The notes under the pieces are model-generated. The model saw only the letters and a list, made by a program, of their open reading frames with translations. It did not search any database and was not told the DNA's origin. A stretch of 64,000 nucleotides of DNA from positions 352,001 to 416,000 of the forward strand of contig OZ245046.1 of assembly GCA_965224245.1 (NCBI GenBank), written 5' to 3'. Below are positions 17,758 through 28,503 of the stretch, piece by piece; within the stretch, counting starts at the first letter, position 1, and every line of letters starts with the position of its first letter. This stretch comes from Candidatus Eiseniibacteriota bacterium (GTDB taxonomy: Bacteria; Eisenbacteria; RBG-16-71-46; CAZAMP01). A program made the position numbers and the translations under genes.

Positions 17758-18873
17758 ATGAGCATCAACACCATGCGATCGCTGTCGATCGCGAGCGCCG
17801 GTCTGGGAATCGTGCTCCTGGGCTGCTTCCGACCGGCGGGCGACGGGTCCTCGGACTCCGTCACGGCGCCGGAGACGACGCCGCAAGCACGGGCGAGTGA
17901 GCTCCAGGCGCTCGATCTGGAGTCGCTCCCCACGGGGACGATCGTCGATCAGCTGTTCGGGACGCTCGGTGACGGACCGGTGCTGGTCAATGGCATCAGC
18001 CCGCTTCTCGCCGGCAACACGGCGATCATCTTCGACTCCGCCAATCCCACCGGCGGCGACTGGGATCTCGGCAGCCCCAACGAGACGTGTGGGGGTCCGG
18101 GACAGGGTGCCGGCGGCGAGGTCGGCTCGCCGTACGAGAACTGCGATCCGCTCGGCAAGGTGCTGATCATCGCGGCCGACCTCGAGGACGCGGGCGGTGA
18201 CGGCCTCGTCGACGATCCCGACGACATCGACGTCGCGGCGCTGGACGGCGTGATCATCGAGCTCGACTTCTCGGCGCTCGGGACGGTCACGATGCACAGC
18301 CTGAACGTCCTCGACATCGACGGGAACGGTCCGGACCCGCGCGTCGAGATGTACGGCGTCGGTGGCGTCCTGCTCAGCACGGTTCCGATTCCGAACGACA
18401 TGGAGAACAACGGTGCGGCCACCGTGGATCTCGGGGACGTCTCGGGCGTGGTCGACGTCACCGTGTACCTGCAGGGCTCGGGCGCGATCGACACGTTCTT
18501 CTTCCGCTGCGACACGCCGCCCGGAGGCGGAGAGGGCTGCACGCCGGGTTACTGGGGTCGTCGTCATCACTTCTGCCACTGGCCGGCCCCGTACGAGACG
18601 GACACCGCGTTCTCCGACGTGTTCGGTCGCGACGTTCCGGACGTCACGACGCTGCTCGACGGCCTGCACTCGCAGGGTAGCTACAAGAACCTCGTGTTCC
18701 ATGCGGTCGCGGCGCTTCTGAACGCGGCGAGCGACGAGGTCGACTTCGACTACGACGTGGCCGACGTGATCGCCATCTTCCAGGACGGCTGGGACAGTGG
18801 CGACCTCGAAGGTGCCAAGAACCTGCTCGCGGGCGCGAACGAGAGTGACTGCCCGCTCGGGAACTGCCGATGA
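17758..18873 (+). CDS. Putative lipoprotein with beta-sandwich domain and C-terminal GCTPGYW...AVAALLNA domain
   Basis: AGGAG RBS before ATG 17758; lipobox IVLLGC; IIFDSANPTGGDWDLGSPN; GCTPGYW, HAVAALLNAAS. Confidence 0.8.
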   Translation: MSINTMRSLSIASAGLGIVLLGCFRPAGDGSSDSVTAPETTPQARASELQALDLESLPTGTIVDQLFGTLGDGPVLVNGISPLLAGNTAIIFDSANPTGGDWDLGSPNETCGGPGQGAGGEVGSPYENCDPLGKVLIIAADLEDAGGDGLVDDPDDIDVAALDGVIIELDFSALGTVTMHSLNVLDIDGNGPDPRVEMYGVGGVLLSTVPIPNDMENNGAATVDLGDVSGVVDVTVYLQGSGAIDTFFFRCDTPPGGGEGCTPGYWGRRHHFCHWPAPYETDTAFSDVFGRDVPDVTTLLDGLHSQGSYKNLVFHAVAALLNAASDEVDFDYDVADVIAIFQDGWDSGDLEGAKNLLAGANESDCPLGNCR

Positions 18874-18937
18874 GGGATCGCGTGCGCGTCACCCTCCGGT
18901 GACGGCACGTCGACGCTCCGACTGCTGGTAACCGTGT

Positions 18938-18970
18938 ACGCCCCCGACCCACGCGGGTCGGGGGCGTCTT
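18938..18970. terminator. Hairpin, probably a bidirectional intrinsic terminator
   Basis: Perfect 13-bp stem ACGCCCCCGACCC / GGGTCGGGGGCGT with a 4-nt loop, between convergent genes; weak T tail. Confidence 0.7.
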
Positions 18971-19084
18971 CGTATCGGGCGGTCGCCTGGGACCCGGCGC
19001 CCCGCTCCCGGCGTCAGGTCCGTTCAGACGCACGCAGGCCTGAGAGACGTGCGTGATCGACGGGCACGCCTCCTCCAGGCCATT

Positions 19085-19663
19085 CTATTCGGGTAGAGGT
19101 TCCGAGGTCCCGCCGGTCAGCTGCGTTCGAAGCCAGCGGCGCGCGAACTGCCAGTCACCGTTGACCGTTTTTCGAGAGACGCCACAGATCGACGCGATCT
19201 CCTCACCGGTCAGTCCGGCGAGGATCTTGAGCTCGACGACCCGGGACACGCGCTCGTTGGCCAGGCGGAGACGCTCGAGCGCACGGGCCAGATCCGACGC
19301 CGGCGCGATGATCTCCTCACCGCCCGCGGCATCGTCGGCGAGCTCGACGCGGGTCCACCCGTGTCCGCGCCGCACCGTCTTGCGCGCCCGGGCGTGATCC
19401 ACGAGCACCTGACGCATGACGCGGGTGGCGATGCCGAGAAACCGAACGCGGTCCTCGCCGTCCAGCTCGGCGCGGGCGGCGAGACGCAGGTAGACCTCGT
19501 TCAGGAGCGCAGTCGGTTGAAGCGTGTGGTCGTCGCGCTCGTGGCGCATCTCGCGGCTCGCCATGCGCCGGAGCTCCCGGTAGGCGACGTCGAAGAGCTG
19601 GTCGATCGCATCCCGCCGGCGGTCCTCGTCGGTCCCCTCCGGTCGATCGTCGTGGACGCTCAT
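19085..19663 (-). CDS. ECF RNA polymerase sigma factor, TIGR02999/ECF43-like
   Basis: LFDVAYRELRRMA, HTLQPTALLNEVYLRL, MRQVLVDHAR, VVELKILAGLT, DWQFARRWL; GGGAG RBS before ATG 19663. Confidence 0.93.
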   Translation of the reverse strand: MSVHDDRPEGTDEDRRRDAIDQLFDVAYRELRRMASREMRHERDDHTLQPTALLNEVYLRLAARAELDGEDRVRFLGIATRVMRQVLVDHARARKTVRRGHGWTRVELADDAAGGEEIIAPASDLARALERLRLANERVSRVVELKILAGLTGEEIASICGVSRKTVNGDWQFARRWLRTQLTGGTSEPLPE

Positions 19664-19926
19664 GTGGGCGCTCCCTGTTCCTGCACGTCTGAAGCCTACC
19701 ACGTGGCCCGGCGAGGCGGAGGCATCGGTGACCGGAGCACCGGATGGGGCGGGGCCTCCGGTACGATACTCAACACCCATCATCGCAGTCGATTGCACGT
19801 TTCGGCCCGGCATGCCACGATTCGGGCTCGGAGATGTCGTCTCTGGGTACGGTGACGCCGGCTCGACGTTGCACGCTCGGTGGATCACGACGCCGGCGCC
19901 CACGTTGCCGAAACGAGGACTCACCA

Positions 19927-22900
19927 TTGAGTGAACCGGACCTGAACCGGCTGCGGGACCTCGTCGTCGCGGTGCTGGATCTACCCGCCGAGGAACGAGA
20001 CTCGTATCTCGAAGGTGCATGCGGCGGGGACGACACCCTCCTGTCGTCGGTCAAGCGGCTCCTGAACGAGGAGCCGATCGATGCCGACAGGTCTCACGCG
20101 CTCGACGCCGTCGGGGGCGACGAGGCGATCGCGAACGCGGCCGCGCTACCCGAGCGCGTCGGGCGCTACGAGATCCTCGGGCGCCTGGGTGCGGGTGGGA
20201 TGGGCATCGTGTACCTGGCCGTGGATCCGAGCCTGGACCGACGGGTGGCCCTGAAGGTCCTCCCGCCTCGACTCGCGGGCGATGCCGCCGGAATCGCTCG
20301 CTTCCGCGAGGAGGCTCGCCTTCTCGCGCGGCTCAATCACCCGAACATCGCGACCATCCACTCGCTGGAGGCGGCGGGAGAGGTGGTGTTCATCACGATG
20401 GAGCACGTGCACGGGCCGACCCTGGCCGCCCGGATCGGCTCCGACGCTCGCGACGACGAGCTGCGCATCGCCTACGAGATCGCGTGCGCGCTGGAGGCGG
20501 CTCATGCGAAGGGGATCGTGCACCGCGACCTGAAGCCGTCGAACGTGATCGTCTCGTCGGAGACAGGCACGGTGAAGGTCGTCGACTTCGGACTGGCCAA
20601 GCTGGCCCGAGAGCGGAGTGATTCCCCGGCGGCGGCCGCCGCGCCTGCTGTCCCGTCGGCGTCCATCGATGCGTCGTGGTCGCTGGTGCTGGGGACGCCC
20701 GGCTACATGAGCCCCGAGCAGGTGCGCGGCGAAACCACCGACGAGGGTAGCGACATCTGGGCGTTCGGGTGCGTGCTGTACGAGCTCTCGACGGGGACGA
20801 GGGCGTTCGATGGATCCGCCGTCGACCGGATGGTGGCCACACTGGCCAGAGACGTCGATCTGGAGTGCGTGCGCGGACGTGCCCCCGACGCCGTTCACGA
20901 CCTGGTCGAGAGGTGCCTCAGGATCGATCGCGACGAGCGATTGCGGTCGATCGCCGAGGCCCGACGGATTCTCGGATCGCTCCTACAGGTTTCGGCCTCG
21001 TTCCACGGCGATCTCGATGCTCCGACGGCCACCGAGTCGCTGGCAGAGACGCTGCCGACGTACACGACTCGCCTCGTGGGGCGGGAGCGCGAGATCGACG
21101 AGATCTCGACACTCCTGACCGATCGTCTCGTCGTCACGTTGACCGGCTTTGGCGGAGCGGGGAAGACGCGCCTCGCCACCGAGGTCGCCCGCCGGTCGGC
21201 CGATCGATTCCCCGACGGCTGCTGGTTCGTGGACCTGGCCCCGGCCAGCGACGAGGACGACGTCCTGCAGCTGACCCTGTCGGTGATGAATCTGCGCGAG
21301 ACGGCGGGAGAGTCGCCGGTCGACACGCTCGTGAGCTTTCTTCGGACCCGGCGCGCGCTCGTGATTCTCGACAACTGCGAACAGGTCGTCGACGCGTGCT
21401 CGGCACTGGCCGCCATGGTGACTCGCGGCTGCCCCCGGACACGCGTGCTCGCCACAAGTCGTTCCGCCCTGTTCGTCGGCGGGGGGCAGATCTACGCCGT
21501 CGCCCCGCTCGCCCGTCCCGCCGCCGACGGTGCGTTCGACGAGGCCCGGCGCTCGCCGGCGGTGACGCTCCTGGAGGACCGCGCAAAGCTCATCGACATG
21601 AGCTTCGAGCTGTCCGAGAGCAACTTCCGGGCGGTCTCCGAGATCTGTCGGCGTCTGGACGGCCTGCCGCTGGCCATCGAGCTCGCGTCGACGCGCCTGG
21701 ACGCGATGACGCCCGACGAGCTGCTCGAGTCTCTCGAGGGTCGCCTGCCGCTGCAAGGTCACGGGCCGGCCGGGCCGGATCGGCATCGGAGCCTGACGGG
21801 GCTGGTCGCGTGGAGCTACGACCGGCTCTCCGACGCGGAGCAGGCGTTTCTCCGACGGCTGTCGGTGTTCCGCGGAGGTTGGACGTTGCGTTCGGCGGAG
21901 GCCGTTTGCTCCGACCCCGGATCCGAGCTCGTGCCGGCCTGGCAGGTGCTCGATCTGACCCGGACGCTCGTGCAGCGGTCGCTGATCGAACGTGCCACCG
22001 TCGTCGCGGGGGGACTGGAGCGATCCCGGTACGGCATGCTGGAGACCATCCGGACGTACGCCGCCGACCAGCTCCACGCGCACGGGGAGGAGGAGGCGAT
22101 CCGGGCGCGACACGTCCAGTACTTCCTCGCGCAGCCGACCGACCCCGGTCACGACGGCACGACCTCCGCCACGTGGATCGCCCTCGTCTCGGCCGACGAC
22201 GACAACTTCACCGCGGCGCTGTCGGAGCCCTACCGGCGATCGATCTCCCTGTTCGAGGCGACGTCCCTGGCGCGCCAGCTGCTGCACTACTGGACGGTGA
22301 CCGGGCGCTGGAGACGCGGGCAACGCGTCTACCAGAGCCTCGTCGACGCGATCGTCCGGGAGGGGCAGACGGGGACGCGACATCACGCGGAGGCAGTGGC
22401 CGGCGTCGGACGTCTGGTCGCGCTTCGGGGAGAGAACGACCTGGCCCGGAAGCTCCTGACCGAGGCCCGCCGGATCGGCCTCGAGATCGACGAAGAGGAC
22501 GTCGTCAGCGTGTGCGACACGGGCCTCTCCTATCTCGCTCGCATCGAGCGCCGCTTCGACGAGGCGCTCGAGCTGGCCGATCGGCGCGTTCGACACTGGG
22601 AGCCGCGGTGCGGGAGCGCTGATGTGCCGACGCCTCAGGAACGGAGCGTCCGGCGGCACCTGTCGGCGGCGCTCCTGGATCGCGGGCAGTGTCTGGCCCG
22701 GTTCGGACGGTTCGACGAGGCGGGCGCCGACTTCGAATGGGCCCACGAGCTCGCGAGCTCGGTCGGCGACGTGGGCGGCTCCGCCCTGCCCCGCGCCGCC
22801 CTGGCCGGCGTCAAGCACCGGACCGGAGACGTCGACGCGGCGCGCGATCTCTATCTCGAGGCGCTCGCGTACATGCGAACGGCGAAGCAGCGCGACAACA

Positions 22901-23514
22901 ACCTCGTGTCACTCCTGAACAACCTGGCGCTGCTGTCGCTCGAGACCGACGATGCGCGCTCGGCGGACGAGTATGCGTGCGAGGCGCGCGAGGTGGCGAT
23001 CGAGCTGGGAAGCGCCGGACAGGCGACGCACGCCCTCTACCTGGCCGGGCTCGCCAAGATCTTCGCGGATCGGTCGATGGCCCGCGAACGCCTCCGGCAG
23101 GCCATCGAGGAGTCGCGCGCGGCCACGTGGGCGGCCGGGCTCGTGCACGCGCTCAACGGGATGCTCCACGTCGAGGTGCTGGACGAGCGCTTCGAGGAGG
23201 CCTGGGCCATCGGGCTGGAGCTGATGGAGCTCCTGACGCCGATCGACGGGCTGATCGCCGCCACCACGCTGGGCGCGTGCGCGCGGACCCGGCTCGCGCT
23301 CGGGTCGCCCTCCGACGCCGCGTTTCTGCTCGGCGCGGCCGAGGAGGCCCGGGAGCGCTCGAACGCCCCGTTTCCTCGGGGAAACCGGCAGCTGATCGAG
23401 GACTGGAGCCGGATGACGCGGGATTCCCTCGACGCCGCGGACTTCGAGCGGTGGTGGAACGAAGGGCGGAAGGCTCCCCTGGAATCGCTGCGCAGCCGGT
23501 GGGCGGGGGGGTGA
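19927..23514 (+). CDS. Cytoplasmic Ser/Thr kinase + STAND ATPase + TPR protein
   Basis: LGAGGMGIVY, HRDLKPSN, DFG, GTPGYMSPEQ; Walker A GFGGAGKT, LVILDNCEQ, GLPLAIELA, YGMLETIRTYA. TTG 19927 with GAGGA RBS; divergent from the ECF gene. Confidence 0.93.
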   Translation: MSEPDLNRLRDLVVAVLDLPAEERDSYLEGACGGDDTLLSSVKRLLNEEPIDADRSHALDAVGGDEAIANAAALPERVGRYEILGRLGAGGMGIVYLAVDPSLDRRVALKVLPPRLAGDAAGIARFREEARLLARLNHPNIATIHSLEAAGEVVFITMEHVHGPTLAARIGSDARDDELRIAYEIACALEAAHAKGIVHRDLKPSNVIVSSETGTVKVVDFGLAKLARERSDSPAAAAAPAVPSASIDASWSLVLGTPGYMSPEQVRGETTDEGSDIWAFGCVLYELSTGTRAFDGSAVDRMVATLARDVDLECVRGRAPDAVHDLVERCLRIDRDERLRSIAEARRILGSLLQVSASFHGDLDAPTATESLAETLPTYTTRLVGREREIDEISTLLTDRLVVTLTGFGGAGKTRLATEVARRSADRFPDGCWFVDLAPASDEDDVLQLTLSVMNLRETAGESPVDTLVSFLRTRRALVILDNCEQVVDACSALAAMVTRGCPRTRVLATSRSALFVGGGQIYAVAPLARPAADGAFDEARRSPAVTLLEDRAKLIDMSFELSESNFRAVSEICRRLDGLPLAIELASTRLDAMTPDELLESLEGRLPLQGHGPAGPDRHRSLTGLVAWSYDRLSDAEQAFLRRLSVFRGGWTLRSAEAVCSDPGSELVPAWQVLDLTRTLVQRSLIERATVVAGGLERSRYGMLETIRTYAADQLHAHGEEEAIRARHVQYFLAQPTDPGHDGTTSATWIALVSADDDNFTAALSEPYRRSISLFEATSLARQLLHYWTVTGRWRRGQRVYQSLVDAIVREGQTGTRHHAEAVAGVGRLVALRGENDLARKLLTEARRIGLEIDEEDVVSVCDTGLSYLARIERRFDEALELADRRVRHWEPRCGSADVPTPQERSVRRHLSAALLDRGQCLARFGRFDEAGADFEWAHELASSVGDVGGSALPRAALAGVKHRTGDVDAARDLYLEALAYMRTAKQRDNNLVSLLNNLALLSLETDDARSADEYACEAREVAIELGSAGQATHALYLAGLAKIFADRSMARERLRQAIEESRAATWAAGLVHALNGMLHVEVLDERFEEAWAIGLELMELLTPIDGLIAATTLGACARTRLALGSPSDAAFLLGAAEEARERSNAPFPRGNRQLIEDWSRMTRDSLDAADFERWWNEGRKAPLESLRSRWAGG

Positions 23515-23640
23515 CGCCAGTCCACGCATGTCGCCGAGCCACCCGGAAACCCCCACGGCAGGTGACAGCTCACGCGCCGTTCTCGCACTACCGAACGACG
23601 ACACCCACATCACGACGCCACGCTTCCGGAGGAGTGCGCC

Positions 23641-23889
23641 ATGATCCATCGACCCCGAGTCACCGTTGCCACGCTCGTCGTCTTCGGATCGGGCGCCCCC
23701 GCCTCGACGCCCGACCTCCCGTCTTCCTGGTGCGGCCGCCCGGTGGTCGACGACGACGCCTCGCCGCGGGTGCTGGCCGAGAGCGAGAAGATGGCGATCG
23801 CCCGCGCGGCGGTCGAGTCCGCGATCCAGGTGGGGGCTCGACTCCTCGATCCCCTGGACGTGCCCGACCGACGCACGCCGGCGCCATGA
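23641..23889 (+). CDS. Small hypothetical ORF or gene remnant
   Basis: Strong GGAGGAG RBS and signal-like N-terminus; no recognisable domain. Confidence 0.35.
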   Translation: MIHRPRVTVATLVVFGSGAPASTPDLPSSWCGRPVVDDDASPRVLAESEKMAIARAAVESAIQVGARLLDPLDVPDRRTPAP

Positions 23890-23922
23890 GGCAATGACAT
23901 CCTCCGGCGTGAGCGGGTAGAC

Positions 23923-25770
23923 TTGCATCCGTATCCCGCGCACCGGAGGTGTCCCATCACGCTCCAGAGAGTGCTCGTTCCGGCCGTCGCGGCTGCGATC
24001 GCGTTGATCACGATCCACGACCCGACCTTCGGCGCGGTCCTCGACTACGTCGACGCATCGACCGGACTCGACACGCCGGCGCTCGACACCGGACGTACCG
24101 ATCTCGCGATGGTCGACGTCGACCTCGACGGGCACGTGGATCTCGTGTCCATCGGCGATCACGGCAGCCCCTTCATCGGCTCCCCGCAGCACGGCATCAT
24201 GGTGTGGTTCGGGAACGGCGCGGGCGGGTTCGGCGTGGTACAGACCGGAGACTTCGGCTACGGCGGCATCGCCATCGGCGACGTGAACGGTGACGGTCTG
24301 AACGATGCCGCGTACGGCATGCACCACAACTATTCGGGTACCGACCTCGGCGATCAGATCCTCGAGGTGGCGCTGGGCGACGGCACCGGGACGAGCTGGA
24401 CCCCCTGGGACGATGGGCTGGCGACCAGCGGCGAGACGTGGGGGATGTTCGGCACCGATCTCGCCGACGTGGACAACGACGGCGACCTCGACGTGGGCTC
24501 CATCTCGTTCGGGTGCTGCGCGGGCGTGCACGTCTACCTGAACCAGGGCGACGGCACGTGGGTCCAGAGCTGGGGGATCGGCGGGGGCAACTCCACGATG
24601 GAGCTGCGCTTCGGCGACGTGAACGCGGACGGGAACGCCGACCTCCTCGCCGCCCACCAGAGCGGGTCGGTGTACGTGGGCGACGGCGAGGGCGGATTCA
24701 CGCTCGCCGACGACGGCCTGCCCCCGGCCGGTACCATAGGACGGCGCGGTCCGGATCTCGGCGACGTGACCGGTGACGGCGCCGACGACGTGTCGTTCGT
24801 GACCGCGGACGGTGGCGTGGCCGTGTACACGCGCACGGGCACGACCTGGCAGTCGATCGGGAGCGGGCTCCCTGCGACGGGCGCGTTTCGATCCACGCGT
24901 CTGTGCGACATGGACGGCGACGGCCACGTGGATCTCGCCGCGTTCGACGGGGATGTGATCCGTCTGTGGCGAGGCGACGGCAGCGGTGGCTGGAGCGCCG
25001 ACGCGACGGTGGTCGTGTCGTCGTCGGGGGACTATGCGGCGTTTCGCACCGGTGCCGATCTCGACCACAACGGCCGTCCCGACCTGGTCGTGGTGGTCGA
25101 AGAGGGGTCGTGGCCGACGTATCAGAATCACCTTCGCGCGTATCGGGAAACGTCGGTCGCCACGGCGCTGGCGGCGCGTGTCGTTCGACCCCGGCGGGGA
25201 GAGCGGTTGACGTCGGGCTCGGTGCGGTTCGTGGAGTGGATGGCCGCGGTGCCCCTCCTTGCATCGGCGAGGGTCGATCTCGCGTTCTCGACGTCGGGGG
25301 AAGCGGGGCCCTGGCAGACGATCGCAACCGACCTCCCCAACGGCGGTCGATACCAGTGGCGCGTCGGTGACACCCCATCCAGCGACTGCGTCGTCCGCGC
25401 GACCGTCGCGACGCCCCGCGACACCGTCGTCGTGCTCTCCGACCCGTTCACGATCGGCGAGCCAGGCGCCGTGTCGGTTCCACCGTCATCGTCGACGGAG
25501 CGGACGATCATGCGGGTCCTCGGAAACCCCGCACGGGATGGGCTGCGGGTCGCCATCGCGAGTGCCCGCCCGGGCGTGCACGTGCTGGAGCTGTTCGACG
25601 TCTTGGGACGTCGTGTCGGATCGGTGCCGGTCCGGCTCGGGATCGGCGAGCGCGAGCTGACTTGGTCCCTCGGGGGCGACAGCGGCATCTCGCTCGCACC
25701 CGGTGCGTACTGGCTACGGCTCTCCGGACCGTCCGGAACCCTGGACGCCCGGATCCGCGTGCTTCACTGA
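23923..25770 (+). CDS. Secreted FG-GAP/VCBS-repeat protein with Ig-like domain and degenerate T9SS/FlgD-like C-terminal domain
   Basis: DVDLDGHVDL, GDVNGDGLND, DVDNDGDLDV, DMDGDGHVDL repeats; C-terminal NPARD...LFDVLGRRV...PGAYWLRL. Start uncertain. Confidence 0.88.
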   Translation: MHPYPAHRRCPITLQRVLVPAVAAAIALITIHDPTFGAVLDYVDASTGLDTPALDTGRTDLAMVDVDLDGHVDLVSIGDHGSPFIGSPQHGIMVWFGNGAGGFGVVQTGDFGYGGIAIGDVNGDGLNDAAYGMHHNYSGTDLGDQILEVALGDGTGTSWTPWDDGLATSGETWGMFGTDLADVDNDGDLDVGSISFGCCAGVHVYLNQGDGTWVQSWGIGGGNSTMELRFGDVNADGNADLLAAHQSGSVYVGDGEGGFTLADDGLPPAGTIGRRGPDLGDVTGDGADDVSFVTADGGVAVYTRTGTTWQSIGSGLPATGAFRSTRLCDMDGDGHVDLAAFDGDVIRLWRGDGSGGWSADATVVVSSSGDYAAFRTGADLDHNGRPDLVVVVEEGSWPTYQNHLRAYRETSVATALAARVVRPRRGERLTSGSVRFVEWMAAVPLLASARVDLAFSTSGEAGPWQTIATDLPNGGRYQWRVGDTPSSDCVVRATVATPRDTVVVLSDPFTIGEPGAVSVPPSSSTERTIMRVLGNPARDGLRVAIASARPGVHVLELFDVLGRRVGSVPVRLGIGERELTWSLGGDSGISLAPGAYWLRLSGPSGTLDARIRVLH

Positions 25771-26125
25771 CGGTCACTCTCCTCGATCGTGCGTTCGATC
25801 CGCGTGCCGAGGTTCGGCGTCACAGGTGCTCGTGCGGCACGGGTCGTTCGTCCGATTCGATGACCCCCACGACCGTACGTATCAAACCCCGTGGCGGCGG
25901 ACACTCGTGTCGGACCGTGCACCGTGGACGAAGGGCGGGTAGGGGCATGGGCCTCGTCATCGCGAGGCGTATGCGTGGAATCCGAAGGGGCGTATCAGGG
26001 TCATCGTATCGACGCTCGTTCTGGAATGGGGCAACACTGGTCGCGATCAGGCCGGGGCGACTCGAACGAGAGCGAGACGACGTAGCGGCAACGCGATGTC
26101 ACACGTTGCGGTCAGGAGGACTCTC

Positions 26126-28435
26126 ATGAGCCTGAAGAGACGGGCGGCCACTCCGGTGGCGATCATGCTCACGCTCGCGCCGGCGTTCTCGCCGGCCGAC
26201 GCCGCGGTCACGGCCGAGTGGCAGCTCGTGCGCCCCGACAACACGGGGGTGCCGGGCGCCGAGATTCGATTCCTCCGTTTCGGTCCCGACGACAACCTCT
26301 GGGTCTCCGCTCGCTGGGAGTTCTGGGAGAAGGGTGGGATCGGCATCCACGACGGCGTGACCGACACGTGGAGCGTGATCTCGACCGTCGACACGCCGAT
26401 ACCATCCGGATACATCAACGACGTCGTCTTCGATCCCGACGGATCCCTCTGGATCGCGACCAGCCACAACGAGCTGACCGGTGTCGATGGAGGCCTCCTG
26501 CACAAGCAAGGGGACCAGTGGACGATCTACGACCGCACCAACTCGCCTCTCCTCCACAACGGAATCCGCTCCATCGAGCAGGATTCCATGGGCAACCTCT
26601 GGATCAACAACACCGACGTCCGGGAAGGACTGGCGGCGCTGTTTCGCTTCGACGGCACGAGCTGGACCTCGTACCGCGTCCCGGACCAGCTCCCCTGGGA
26701 GGCCCCGTGGGACGAGCTCGGCTCGCTCCACATCGACGCGGACGACAACGTCTGGGTCACCAACTCGACGCTGCCCGGAGTGGCCAGGTTCGACGGCACG
26801 GAATGGACGCTGCATGGGGACGACATCAGCTGCTTCGACTACGTCACGACCGACAACGACGGGAACGTCTGGGTCATCTCGTGTCACAGCAGCTATTCGG
26901 TCTGGAAGTACGACGGGACGAGCTTCGTGCCGTTCGGCGGTGGAGCGCCTCCGCTGTCGTCGACGAGCATCACGCTCGTGACCTGCGATCGGTCCACCGG
27001 CGACATGTACATCGGAAACTGGATGGGCGAGGTCGTGAAGTCGACGAACGGCGGCGCGAGCTGGTCGTTCTTCGGCCAGGTGTCGAGCTTCGTGACCGGC
27101 ATTGCCTTCGACCCGCTCGGCGACGACGTCTACGTGGGAAGCCACCGAGGCGTGCATCACCTGAACGGGTTCGGCGGCTGGATCGAGTCCTTCAACAGCC
27201 CGAACACGGGCTTTCCCGACTACTTCGTCGATTACATGTCGCTGGATCGCAGCGGCTACTTCTGGGTGGCGACCGGTGAGGCCGGACTCTCCCGTTTCGA
27301 CGGCCAGCGCTGGCGCAACTGGGGCGATCACAATCTAGGCTCCGAGCCGTATCCGTTCGCCGGCAACGAGCCGATGGGAGGCGCCTACGAGGATCGAGAC
27401 GGCACCGTGTGGATGGGCGGCAACGGCATCGCGCGCTGGGATCCCGTCACCGAGGACTTCACCGGGTTCTGGAACTGGGAGAACAACCCGGGCATGGGCG
27501 TCACGATGTTTCCGTTCTTCGCCGAGGACATGAACGGCGAGCTGTTCGCGGCGACCGATACCGGCGCCATCTTCCGGTTCAACGGCGATCTGTGGGTCCG
27601 GGAGCCCGTCGACCCGTACTCCGGCGGTCACCTGCCGGGCATGAAGGCCGACAGCCAGGGCAACGTCTGGATCGCGGCCTGGTTCGATCTCCACAAGTGG
27701 GATGGCGAGGTCTGGACCGTCGTGGGCACGGAGTGGCCGATCTTCGATCTGGGCGGGATCAACGTGTTCGACATCGGTCCGGACGACGTGTTCTGGCTGG
27801 GGCTCGAGGACGGTCTCGCGCGCTGGGATGGCACCGACCTGACCGTGTACGACATGACGAACTCTCCCATCCCGTCGCTCGGCGTGAAGGGCGTGGCCGT
27901 GCGCTCGGACGGGATGATCGGGATGGCCACCTCGGAGTTCGGCTCGATCACGCCGTTTCCGAACGGCGTGGCGATCGTCGACGGGGACATCGACGATCCG
28001 GCGAGCTGGACCTCGTGGCACTACGAGGACTCGCCACTGCCGCACTATCAGCTCGGGCGGGTGGCGTTCGACGTCAATGGCAGCCTCTGGGTGAGCGCGA
28101 TCAGCGAGGCCGCGGCGGTGCTGCACCTCTCGCCGATCGTCGACGTGCCCACAAACGCCGGCGTTCCGCTGACCGGGGGGTGGCTCGTCCAGAACCGACC
28201 CAACCCGTTTCGAGGTGCGACCACGATCGGCTTCGAGCTGCCGCGCGCCGGAGCGGTGTCGATCGACCTGATCGACGTCAACGGGCGCCTCGTGCGGAGG
28301 CTGCTCGACCGCAGGATGGCCGAGGGACGACATGAGCTGGAGCTGTCGGGCGAGGGACTCGTGCCGGGGGTTTACTTCTATCGGCTGACGGCGAACGGGC
28401 ACGAGGAGACGCGGCGTCTCTCGATCGTTCGTTAA
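26126..28435 (+). CDS. Secreted multi-bladed beta-propeller (Reg_prop-like repeats) with T9SS/FlgD-like C-terminal domain
   Basis: AGGAGG RBS; signal peptide; repeats D-x-x-G-x-[LV]W-I and FDG-x-x-W, YDRTNSPL; QNRPNPFRGATTIGF...PGVYFYRL. Confidence 0.9.
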   Translation: MSLKRRAATPVAIMLTLAPAFSPADAAVTAEWQLVRPDNTGVPGAEIRFLRFGPDDNLWVSARWEFWEKGGIGIHDGVTDTWSVISTVDTPIPSGYINDVVFDPDGSLWIATSHNELTGVDGGLLHKQGDQWTIYDRTNSPLLHNGIRSIEQDSMGNLWINNTDVREGLAALFRFDGTSWTSYRVPDQLPWEAPWDELGSLHIDADDNVWVTNSTLPGVARFDGTEWTLHGDDISCFDYVTTDNDGNVWVISCHSSYSVWKYDGTSFVPFGGGAPPLSSTSITLVTCDRSTGDMYIGNWMGEVVKSTNGGASWSFFGQVSSFVTGIAFDPLGDDVYVGSHRGVHHLNGFGGWIESFNSPNTGFPDYFVDYMSLDRSGYFWVATGEAGLSRFDGQRWRNWGDHNLGSEPYPFAGNEPMGGAYEDRDGTVWMGGNGIARWDPVTEDFTGFWNWENNPGMGVTMFPFFAEDMNGELFAATDTGAIFRFNGDLWVREPVDPYSGGHLPGMKADSQGNVWIAAWFDLHKWDGEVWTVVGTEWPIFDLGGINVFDIGPDDVFWLGLEDGLARWDGTDLTVYDMTNSPIPSLGVKGVAVRSDGMIGMATSEFGSITPFPNGVAIVDGDIDDPASWTSWHYEDSPLPHYQLGRVAFDVNGSLWVSAISEAAAVLHLSPIVDVPTNAGVPLTGGWLVQNRPNPFRGATTIGFELPRAGAVSIDLIDVNGRLVRRLLDRRMAEGRHELELSGEGLVPGVYFYRLTANGHEETRRLSIVR

Positions 28436-28503
28436 CGGTCGGGTTCGAGCGAAGAGGGCCGCCCGCCCCGTCGGGTCGGTGCGTCTCGCGAAAGGAGCTC
28501 ATC

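Noticed and set aside
13905-23514. Calling the kinase-STAND-TPR genes an Avs-type antiphage defence system
   Set aside because: No nuclease, TIR, SIR2 or other toxic effector and no defence-island neighbours; the context is sigma factors and secreted proteins. A defence role is not excluded but is unsupported.
23542-23553. 12-bp match CCCGGAAACCCC shared with about 62090-62101, as a candidate ECF -35 element
   Set aside because: No matching -10 at a consistent spacing, and a 12-mer match is plausible by chance at this GC content.
23562-23590. Candidate shared ECF promoter GTGAC-N17/19-CGCA (also near 56906-56933)
   Set aside because: Only two instances, with unequal spacers; needs genome-wide motif discovery.
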